DNA from: Octopus vulgaris | Lineage: Eukaryota | Length of the DNA stretch: 64,000 bases | Reading direction: 5' to 3' | Assembly: GCA_951406725.2 (NCBI GenBank) | Contig: OX597815.1 | Location: forward strand, 146,072,001-146,136,000 | The notes under the pieces: generated by a model | What the model was told of the DNA's origin: nothing | Seen by the model: the letters and a program-made list of their open reading frames with translations, nothing else | Database searches by the model: none | Shown here: piece after piece, positions 52,135 through 64,000 of the stretch | Position numbering within the stretch: position 1 is the first letter of the stretch | How the letters are laid out: the number at the start of each line of letters is the position of its first letter | Program-made: the position numbers and the translations under genes

Positions 52135-52244
52135 CTGAAATGTTTTTTATAAAATTATTTTAGCATTTTCTACCTTGACTTTTTTCCATGTATATCAACT
52201 CGCGTGTTCCTTTTCAACCTTCTACATATAAATATATATATGCA

Positions 52245-52352
<108 letters not shown>

Positions 52353-54171
52353 TAGCTAGCTCGCTACACAGACGTGTGTGTATGCATGTATACACTTATA
52401 TATATATATATATGTATATTGATGAGCCCATACATGCATGGGTACAATGTATGTGTGTATTTACATGTATATATATATATATATATGTGACTATATATTT
52501 ATATTTATATATATCTATAATTTGTAACTATCTCTCCATGTATCTGCGTGTGTGACGGGGTGTATTCATTCATGTATCTATTTCAGTAATCGATCTGGTA
52601 ATTATGTGAAATGAGATTATATAACTAATGTACGCATTACAAACACATCTGCCGCCATTGCTATGTTGTCGATCAATATTCATCATCGGTTGTTGGAGGA
52701 TTATGTGTAAAGATATTTATCCATCATTACTGATATTTGTAATATTTTGTTGTTTTTGGTTTTGTGGTGGGGTCTTCAAGGTTCCTGAATCAGTAGAGAA
52801 CTGACTGATATGGTTAAGGAAACCAGACATCAGTCGTTCGATGACTCACCATCCTGAGTTCAATTCCCCGTTGGGTTGACATCCACTTTTATCTCTCTAG
52901 AGTTAATAATTCGATTAACACGAATAAGATGTTAGAATTTATAATATCGATTTTATGCGTTTCGCTTTGTGCCAACTACAAATAAATCATTAAATATAAC
53001 CTTTGATGAATTTAGCAGTATCATAATATTTCTTATAGCGAGAAGATGGGTTCGTATTTCTCCCTGTTTACGTGTAATGGTGTCGAAAATTTCTGTGTTC
53101 CCATTTTAATATTTATGTATCTAATATATGTATATGCACATTAAATATTCACTGTCATAGGCACGTACGCATATATTAATGTATAGCAATAAGCATTAGA
53201 ACTCCGCATTTATAGTCATGCATACTAATAGATTAATGTATCTATTCTACACACGTTTTTTTTGTATATTTGCGTAAACAAAGTATTTCATACATAGAGT
53301 GATTTCAAACTACTATCAAAATGGATATCAATCAGTTCATAGAATTTACGGTGGAATTAGATATTATATCTGAGTTGATATGGGCGCCGACAACTCGATA
53401 TAACATAGAAAGGTTTAACAACAGATTATTGTCCATGGAAACGTGTACGCAATCAAACAGACACACTTACACATAAGTAAATGAATCTCCATCACTTTCG
53501 ATGATGAGTATTCACTTGTTTGAGCGACTAAACTAATCTGCTCAGCATAATTGTGAGTTTAAATAGCTTAAAATTCCACGGCCACGTGTGTCTTAGAAGT
53601 AATTCTCGAGTAGGGACATAACGGCAGTGTGTGACGAACCTACACTTTCAAATTAGGTACGATCCATCCAAAAACGTATAAAAAAGGCATCATCTTACAT
53701 CAGTTTCACTCACAAAACTTATTTCAACAAGAAGCGATGTTAAAAGTCAGGTGACAGGAAGCAATAATGATGTGTATGAAGCAGGAATGAACGCAAAGTT
53801 CTTGCTTATGAAGCAAAATTCTCAACATTTCAGGCATACGAAGACCATGCTCAGCAATGTACATTCATAGCTGCATATAGCCACAAGTTCGTAAAACGCA
53901 AAACATATGTATGTATGAGATATAATTTTATCAACGTGGATAATATTGCCAGATCCAACTAAGAACTCGATACTAATGAGCCAAGCGTCGGTCATCGATC
54001 GTTTCGATTCAGCAGATACTGCAACATATATCCATAATGCATATGTATATGGAAATGATACGTTTCTAAATAGCCTCAACACAGCCATACATATGCATAA
54101 CACAACACTACATATCATTTACATAATGCTTTGCACACACGATACAATTCATATCATGTGCGTGCTCGCAT

Positions 54172-54221
<50 letters not shown>

Positions 54222-54223
<2 letters not shown>

Positions 54224-54451
54224 TTCTTTACTACCCACAAGGGGCTAAACACAGAGGGGACAAACAAGGACAGACAAAGGGATTAAGTCGACTACATCGA
54301 CCCCAGTGCGTAACTGGTACTTAATTTATCGACCCCGAAAGGATGAAAGGCAAAGTCGACCTCGGCGGAATTTGAACTCGGAACGTAACGACAGACGAAA
54401 TACGACTACGAATCTCGCCCGGCGTGCTAACGTTTCTACCAGCTCGTCGCC
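54222..54451 (-). mobile_element. SINE family A, full length, inside (TA)n
   Basis: Complete reverse-complement copy. Confidence 0.9.
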
Positions 54452-54495
54452 TATATGTATATATATATATATATATACATATATATATACATATA

Positions 54496-54645
<150 letters not shown>

Positions 54646-55055
54646 AATATACACACACACACATATATATATATAAAAATATATATATATATACATATAC
54701 ACACATATATATATATATGTATGTATATATATATAATTTATATATACAGATATAATTTTATATGTGCATATACATTCTATAACTGCATTCGCACATATAC
54801 ATATATATATATATATACCTATACATATATACATACATATATATATGCGTGTCTGTGTAAGTATGTATATATGTATGAATGTATATGCACTCCTCATTAT
54901 TTCATGTAAATAGACAATTAGATGTCTACTTGTTTCTTTAAGATAATTTCCAGCTATACATCCTACTAATGTGCACATCATTATCTATATGTATTGCTTC
55001 GCCTCCTTCTCATTTGTCACTCTAATTTTCCCCTCTCTCTCTTACGCCTTCTCTC

Positions 55056-55104
<49 letters not shown>

Positions 55105-55119
55105 AAATATAAATGCATG

Positions 55120-55170
<51 letters not shown>

Positions 55171-55430
55171 AGCAATAATATAGGTTCTTACTGGGCGGAA
55201 TGGGTTCCTCATTGTTGGGTCACTAGTATGAAATCACATATCTACTTAGTTGAATTTAAATAATGTCGTGGTTGAAGGGTTATAAAACCACTTGGGTGAT
55301 GCGGTTAGTACAAGTGAACGTTTTAAAGAAGGTGGTAAGTTCGAATCTTGCTGGCGTAGCTATGAGTTATTTTCGGCTTTTTTAATAATATATATATGTA
55401 GGAATTTTCTTCTTTTGCCCTTAATTATAA

Positions 55431-55486
<56 letters not shown>

Positions 55487-55554
55487 CATACATACATTTA
55501 TCAGTCTATTTATCTATATATACATATCTATCTGTTTATCTATCTATCTATCTA

Positions 55555-55582
<28 letters not shown>

Positions 55583-55588
<6 letters not shown>

Positions 55589-56092
55589 TAGTTATCGCCA
55601 AGCTAACGTGACAGTCCAGGAAAATAGGACGAATGCTGCTGTTGAATAGCAGGTTTGTGTGTCACATAGCTAGCTACAGGCGATGACCTCTTGGAGCTAA
55701 TCAACAGCAGCATTCGTCCTATTTTCCTGGACTGCCATGTTAGCTTGGCGATAACTAATAATATCCATATCCATTACAGCTGCTGTAGTCTCCTTGAGAG
55801 AGATATAAAAATATTAGTATTTCTATTATATATATGGAATCTTATATGTATACGATTCTGTCTAGGTAATGGAACTGCAGATACAAAATCCCTGCATATC
55901 TCACGCCTATGTTCATGCCTCCACTTCACTCTCTATTTCATATCGTATATAGAATAACTATTGCTTAACCATCCTATCACACCCTCCCCGATGAAGGGAT
56001 ATATGAAATATTCCGGAAACAGCTGTAAGACCTCGCTATAAATGTTCTGAAATCTTTCACAGCCTTGAATTTTAATCATATTCTCTTAAGTT
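55583..56092 (+). mobile_element. Fold-back HHR-like element between (TA)n tracts
   Basis: 68-bp inverted repeat 55583-55650/55696-55763; CCGATGA-a-gggatat..atattcc-g-GAAA-cagctg-TA at 55988-56027. Confidence 0.75.
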
Positions 56093-56098
56093 ATATAG

Positions 56099-56142
<44 letters not shown>

Positions 56143-56414
56143 GTATTTTGGAGGGGTTGTAAAAATGGAATATATTTATCGATATTGTTGTACAATGGGT
56201 AAATGTGTTTGAAAGTTGTGGTTTCTTTGGTGTATTTAGTCCTCTGGATTGAATGGCACTGCCCAGATGTCGAAACCATAATGATATCCGTGGGGAGGCT
56301 GATGATGGAGGTATGTTGGATTGTTGTTATGTCTGTGGAATAGTATTATAACACATCCTTTTGATATATATATGTACATGTATATTTATATATACATATC
56401 ACTCTATCTCTATC

Positions 56415-56450
<36 letters not shown>

Positions 56451-56486
56451 TATATACATATCTATCTATCTATATAGGTATATACA

Positions 56487-56548
<62 letters not shown>

Positions 56549-56560
56549 AATATCTATCTA

Positions 56561-56594
<34 letters not shown>

Positions 56595-56638
56595 CATATA
56601 TATATATATACACACAAACACACACATATATATGTATG

Positions 56639-56695
<57 letters not shown>

Positions 56696-57939
56696 GACAT
56701 GTGTGTGTGTGTGTGTTGTGAGTGCATCATTGTTTATTTTTGATCATGTCTACACACCGTTTTTTGTTTTGAAATGAATAACTCATTGGAATGAGAAAAG
56801 TGTTTAATGGAATGTATATGAGCTGGAAGGAACTTGTGTGTGCCTATGTTCAACTGTATATAAAAGTATGTGGGTCTGTGGTTGTGTGATTGTGTTGTTT
56901 GTATATAAGAACTGAATCGATATACATGAGATTCGCACAGAGAGAATTAAATAGAGTGAATATTAATCAGGGATTAAAATGATACACATTATTATACAAT
57001 TATCATTATTGATGTTTCGACGTTTTGATTAGGACTTGTAATTTAATTTCGGCTCTAAGGCAAATAGATACGATTACTGGAGAGCAACCAGAGAACAGAG
57101 GAGAAATTGAATTAGGCGAGTGCAGTCTGAGAATAACTTAATAATACATCCAGAGGTATTAGAGAAGAGCTCCGAGCTAAGGCTTACCCGCCACCGCTAA
57201 CACAAACCCATATAGATACACATCTTTCGCAAACACACATGCACACACATACACAGAGCTGAATTATATGAACAGAAAACAAAGACAATTGCACACACAT
57301 ACATACATAGGTACACGTATACAAAGGAATATGAGAAATAAAAAAAAATTACATTCGCCTTTCTTGCTCCCTCTCACCCGATATTAATATATAATGAACT
57401 GTATAGGCGTGTATTTGTGTCTGTGTGTTTGTGTGTGTGTGTGTGTGTGCGTGCGTGTGATTATATACAGAGAAGTAAAACAAAAAGAAAAAATGCATAG
57501 AAAGAAAATGAGAGAAAAATGAAAGCCATTCCTTCTTTAGTTTTGCGATTAATGGATAAACATTCAGAGGTCAGCTAGAGTAAATTTGTATGAAATAAGC
57601 GAGGAAAACTTTGCGTTATTGAGCTGTGACCAGATATCAGATCACACACTCACAACAACTAATGGTCATTCAATAATTCTGATTTCAATTAGAAATTCAT
57701 ACTAAATAAATAAATAAAAATGTTAGCTCTTTAACAGTAAAATGAAGAATAGTAGTGAAAACATTAGAACTTTCTAAAGGCAATTGCCAGTGAAATAATT
57801 CGTCATACATAAATGTACCCAGTTGCTTGACGAGAAGATTGTGTAAGTGCAACGAATTTGGTTAAGAATAATTTTTTAAATTTCAAATCATTATCTAATA
57901 TCAAAATTATATTAGTGCATTTAAAAATTTTTCTTTTCA

Positions 57940-58775
57940 TATTGATACTGATAATAATGGTTTCAAATATGGGCTGAAGGCCAGCAATTTTAGGAGTGGA
58001 GTTAAGTCAATTACATCGATCCCATTGTTCAACTGGTACTTATTTTATCGACTCCCGAACGTATAGGCAAAAGCGACACGACGGAATTTTTAACGATTCT
58101 GTCAGAATTTCAACGATTCGGTAATTATTCTGCCAGCTCGCCTTCCTGTTGATACAGATAATAATGGTTTCGAATTTTTGGCCATAAGGGCAGCTTGGGG
58201 ACGGTGGGGATTAGTCGATTACATCGACCCCAGTGTTCAACTGATATTTATTTTATCTCTCCGAAAGGATGAAAGGCAAAGTCCACTTCGGTGAACAGAG
58301 AACGTAGCGACGGGGAAAATAGCGCTAAGCATTTCGCCCGGCGTGCTAATGATTCTGCTAGCTCGCCGTCTTCCTATTGATACAAATAATAATCCTTTCT
58401 GCAATAGGTACAAGATTTGAAGTTTTAAGGGAAGGGGACCAGTCGATTATATCGATCCAGGTGCGTAATTGGTACTTAATCTATTGACCCCGAAGGGATG
58501 AAAGGCAAAGTTGACCCAGGCAGCATTTGAACTGCGAAAGTGAAGACAGACGAAATACCTTAAGCATTTCGCCCGGCGTGCTAACTATTCTAATTTCGAT
58601 TAGATCTATCCCAGTACACAACGGGTACTTCATTTATCGACCCCGAAGGGATGAAAGGCGAAGTTGACCTCGGTGGATTTTGAACTTACAACGTAAAAAC
58701 AGACGAAACGCTACTAAGCATTTCATCCGGCGTAGTAACGTTTCTGACAGCTCCCGCCTTATTGATATGGACAAT
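57940..58775 (-). mobile_element. Array of four co-oriented SINE family A copies
   Basis: Cores at ~58015, 58220, 58445, 58605; recurring spacer TTGATAC..ATAATAAT. Confidence 0.85.
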
Positions 58776-59129
58776 ATCAAGAACTTAAATGCAATAATCC
58801 AAAAATGTAAAAAGCACGGTTTTACAAAATTTGACAATTTATAGGTGATGATAGAGACGAGTAGTATTCTGTTGTATCGTTTATTTTACATTTGTGCTAT
58901 TTACCTGCACACTACGAGTCCATCGGTGTGCATATTAATTTTTCCTTTTATTCTCTATCTTGTGTTAGTATCTGAAGTTTGGTCGTGATGTCGCAAACAT
59001 TTGAAGCTTGCTTTAGTGAACCAGAGAGAGACAGGTGATTATTATGACCCTAATACATATTCAAACGTTCACGTTTTACCGAAACCTTCAGTTACAGATA
59101 GTTTAAATCTAGAGATGATATACGCATAT

Positions 59130-59690
<561 letters not shown>

Positions 59691-60134
59691 TATCTATCTA
59701 CCAATCTATCTCTCTATCTGTCCGTATGTGTGCTTGTGTGTGTGCGTGTATTTGTCTAAGTGTGTGCTCGCGTTTGTAAGAGCGGGTGTATGAGTGGATT
59801 TGTATGTATGTCTCCATGCTCAAACAATCTAAGAATCATCTCTTAAATATATTCACATCTGCATATTTGGTTACTTTTGATCCCTGATTCAGCTTTTCTC
59901 ATGTTTAACCATCACATCAACCCTCACTAAGTAGATCGATGATCAAAATGTGTCCGGCCATGTCTGTCTTATTATTCTCTTTATGGGCATTATTTATGTA
60001 TGCTTCTCTCTCTGGGCTTTCTATGGGGGAGGTTTGCAAATATATTTGCAGTCCTCACTTGGCTCATCAATAGGTTTATTGTAAAAGATTCAGCAGTAAA
60101 AATGTAAAGAATTATTCCTCATATATCTTCTTCT

Positions 60135-60463
60135 TATTTCACTCATTGGACTGTGTCCATGCTGGGGTACTACCTTAAAGATTTCTTACTCGAATGAATC
60201 GACCCCAGTACTTATGTTGTTTTTTAAAGCATGGTACTTATTTTATAACTGACGCGGACGTCAACACACCTACAACGGTTGTGATGCGCTGGTTGAGGTC
60301 AAACACAAACGCCTACTCACAGACAAATTCAACGGGCTTCTTTAAGTTTCCGTCACCGAAATCCTCTCACAAGGCTTTGGAAAGACCCAGGATATAGTAG
60401 AAACCAACCTAAGGTGTCACACAGTGGGACTGATGTCGAAGACATCTTACCACTTAGCCACAG
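60135..60463 (-). mobile_element. SINE family C, old diverged copy
   Basis: CATGCTGG..CGACCCCAG..ACGGGCTTCTTT..CACAAGGCTTTGG..CAGTGGGACTGA. Confidence 0.7.
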
Positions 60464-61574
60464 CTGATCAATTTTAAAAAATCTGTTGTTATTTTAGCCC
60501 AGTGTCAGCTCTGATCGATCAAAAATATCGACCAAAAAATATATTCTAAGCTTGGTCATAACGTAACTTGCTCGAAAAATCTAGTCTAAACATTAATATA
60601 TATAATTTTAAGGTGTGACACATGAGCTTTGTGAAGATTTGGTTACTATTTCTAACGGAATACTGTCGTTGGTTTACATTTAAGAAACTATTGCACAGAT
60701 GTTTAAACCCAAGACGGAATGAAAATGTGAAAGTATAATTGTGACACAAATACCGTAGCTTCGTCTGACGCTACACTTTCATTTTCTGTAAAAATAATAT
60801 ACTTAGGTGACTATGTAACGTACGAAAGCTAGATTGGGTTTCTTTAAAAATAAACGAAAACCATTAGACTAAGGCTGCTATTTGCAGTGTGATAATAACG
60901 ACGACAGAAATATCACCTGTCAATTGTACTGACGTAAAATAAAATTGTATAAATAGACAAAAGTAGAGTATGAAATATAAAACACTCGAAGACAAGCATT
61001 CAGAGAAAGTGATTTTTGTAGCTGATTCTGTGCAAATAAGGGTGTTAATTATAAAGGACATGAATTAGAAAGCCAATAAATAATAAGCAAAAAGAAACTG
61101 TCTGTACGCGTACATACACACATATACATATGTATTTGTGTATGTATGTATGTATATATGCAAGTGTGTACGTGTGTGTGCGCACGCTTGTGTGAAGCCA
61201 CATGTCTTTCTTGCTAGAGCGTTCAGCTTACAATCGCGAGGTTGTGAGTTCGATTCCCGGACCGGGCTGTGCGTTGTGTTCAAGTTACGCCAGGTCATTC
61301 AACTGTAGAAATGAAATGTGATATCACTGATGCCAGGCTGTATCGATCTTTGTCTTTTCTTTGGATAACATCAGTGACCTTGAGAAGGGAGCCTGGTATG
61401 CAAGGGTAACTGATAGTCTCGCACAAATAACTTTGCCCGGATTTGTGCCTCGGAGGGGAATTTTCCAGAGGCAATTCCAGTCCCTATGTGTGTATGCATG
61501 TGTGTATGTATGTATGTATGTATGTATGTATGTATGTATGTATGTATGTATGTATGTATGTAGGTATGTATGGA

Positions 61575-61920
61575 CACGCTGTCATAGGATCGTGGTTTCG
61601 ATTCCCAGACAGGGCGTTGTGAGAGTTTATTGAGCGAAAACACCTAAAGCCCCAGCAGGCTCCGGCAGTGGGCGGTGGCGAACCCTGCTATACTCTTTCA
61701 ACACAAGTTCCTCTCACTATTTCTTCCTGTTCCTGTTGTACCTGTATTTCAAAGGGCCAGTCTTGTCACACTCTGTCTCACGCTGAATCTCCCTGAGAAC
61801 TTCGTTAAGTCTACACGTGTCTGTGGAGTGCTCAGCCACTTGCACGTTAATTTCACGAGCACGTTGTTCCGCTGATCAGATCAACTGGAACCCACGTCGT
61901 CGTAACCAGCGGAGTGCCAC
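61575..61920 (+). mobile_element. SINE family B between (TATG)n tracts
   Basis: Reverse complement of 3767-4110. Confidence 0.85.
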
Positions 61921-62906
61921 GATGTATGTATGTATGTATGTATGTATGTATGTATGTATGTATGTATGTATGTATGTATGTATGTATGTATGTAGTGTAT
62001 GCATATATGTATATATATTATTGTTCAGTTTTACTTCAAGGTTTTTTGCCACTAGAGAAAGAAGCAGTTTCTAACCTAGCCTCAAGGCTTCTTCATTGAA
62101 ATTTCAACAACACCAACAGGATATTTGTGCATGTATGTGTAGTGTGCAATATCTGGAGTCAGTGCAAATGCAGATGTGATGTTTTGTTTGGTGTTCGTTT
62201 GCTTGCGTGTATGTTTAAACACGTACTTATACATTATATGTGTATGTTTTTACTTTTCACTTCTTCTTCACAGAGTGACAAGGCTTCTGTGCATGCATGT
62301 ATGTGTGTATGTATGTCACTGTCCAGTTTTATTCCAAGATTTCTTGCCAATAGAAATTCTAACCTAGATCCAAGTAACCTTCATTTCAATTTCAACATCA
62401 ACAACAGGATATTTTTGTATTCACGAATGCATGTATATATGTATGTATGCACGTATGTATATGTGCAGAGTTGTACGTTTTGTTTCATGTAAGTATTCTC
62501 ACGCATATAGTTACATATCTAGACATGCTCATATATATGTAAATGATAAACTTCTGAAAAAATTTACAGAATTTTACAGTTCCTGTGATGGATTGGATCT
62601 GTTGTCTTGTATGTATGTATGTATGTATGTATGTATGTATGTATGTATGTATACTCATGGGTATATGTATGTGTACTCATGGCTATAATTTTTTTTTCCT
62701 CTCAGAAACTCTAAGATTGCATGTTGACATTGTTATAGGTTGTTCTACTTGTTATATACAAATATATTGAAGGATCAACTGACAACGATTTAGGGATATT
62801 CCAGTCGGTTAGAACAAGTCCCCGGCAATTTGATCTTCCTAAAAAATATACGTGTGAATGTGAATATGTGTGTGTAGGGGGTGTTTACGTGTGTATATAA
62901 ACACAT

Positions 62907-63114
62907 ACGAAAGTGCGCTGAAATGTTCCTGGCCTTAAGGGGGTCAAGAAAATATTGGTTGGAGCCGCAACTTCACTAGTTCTTTTACATGGTTTAGAAA
63001 AGCTGAACGGCCGCTGCGATAATTGTGTGAATCTGAGAGAGGAATACCATAATTAACTAATACTCTTGTATTTTCTTTTATCTAAAGTCAGGGACTTTTC
63101 AGCACCCACCCTTA
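62907..63114 (+). mobile_element. Mariner-derived MITE
   Basis: Imperfect TIRs TACGAAAGTGCGCTGAAATGTTCCTGGCCTTA / TAAAGTCAGGGACTTTTCAGCACCCACCCTTA; internal KLNGRCDNCVNLREEY resembles the mariner transposase C-terminus. Confidence 0.65.
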
Positions 63115-64000
63115 CACACAAATGTATATATGTACACACATACATAGTATGCCGCTTGTTTCTGGATAGGAGGAATTAAAGGAAGAAAAGGAATTAAATC
63201 AACAAACCAAACGCAAAAACATTCAATTCAGCGGAGTGAAATCTTATTCAAGCATATAGCAGGAGCTATATATGAACTTCTGGTATCACGCTGAGAAAGT
63301 GGAATATTCGAGCAAGCTTATACGAAGCATACAGTGTACGATCAGGCAATCATTCTGGATCATATAGCAGAGTTAGTCAGTGAGAAAATACAAGAAAAAA
63401 GCGTGGGGAATTGTAACTGCACATTATAAAGGAGAAAAGAATAATTAGTTTCCTTCATATTTTTTCTCGTATTTTCTCATTAACTTGCCATATTACTTGA
63501 ACCTGAATGCTTCTCGAGTTGCATATGGTACGTCTTGTATTCAAATATGGCATCTCCCAAGGACGAAAAAAAGTTCATTTGTAACTTCTGCATTGATGAA
63601 ATAATATAATCATATACGTACAAGTTGTATATACAAATATATGTACGAATGCATATATATTATACATGCCTTCATGTATATATGTCTATATGTTTATATA
63701 TATATATATTCATATGTTTATATATATATGTGTGTGTGTTTGTATGTGTGTATACATATATATATGAAATTGTATATATAGGTATGTGTGTATATATATA
63801 AGAGTATAGTACGTGTATATGTGTATATTATACACACACACACACACGCACATACATAAAGACATTTGTATATATATATATATTAGACGTATATAGGGTG
63901 TGTGTATGTGTGTATGTACTTGTTTTTTTTAATCTTTCATAGACCATATCGAAGTGTTGAGACCGTGCGTAGCGATCGAATGTGTCATCCATATAATATA

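Larger units (their letters stand above)
51939..52224. other. Long fold-back insertion: two ~120-bp arms, each an 18S rRNA fragment plus an AT-rich element end
   Basis: 51939-52059 is the reverse complement of 52067-52195; TA-rich microsatellites on both sides. Confidence 0.9.

Overview
AT-rich, microsatellite-saturated eukaryotic DNA with no recognisable intact host protein-coding exon, so probably intronic or intergenic. The SINE families and repeat landscape suggest an octopus (coleoid cephalopod) genome; this is an inference, not verified. Contents: many tRNA-headed SINE copies of at least three families; decayed LINE fragments (R4/Dong-like, Tx1/L1-like, CR1-like, RTE-like); Penelope-like (PLE) GIY-YIG fragments; and a mariner MITE. 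The most notable signal is a dispersed set of small non-coding elements, often sitting in (TA)n tracts, that carry minimal hammerhead ribozyme (HHR) motifs. About 14 motifs were found by eye; five fold convincingly with an intact core. Several elements have a fold-back (inverted) end or a terminal direct repeat. One fold-back element contains a ~70-nt 18S rRNA fragment in both arms, forming a ~255-bp hairpin, and another joins a tRNA-like Pol III head to an HHR-like tail. Most ORF-track entries are microsatellite artefacts. All folds and alignments were done by eye.
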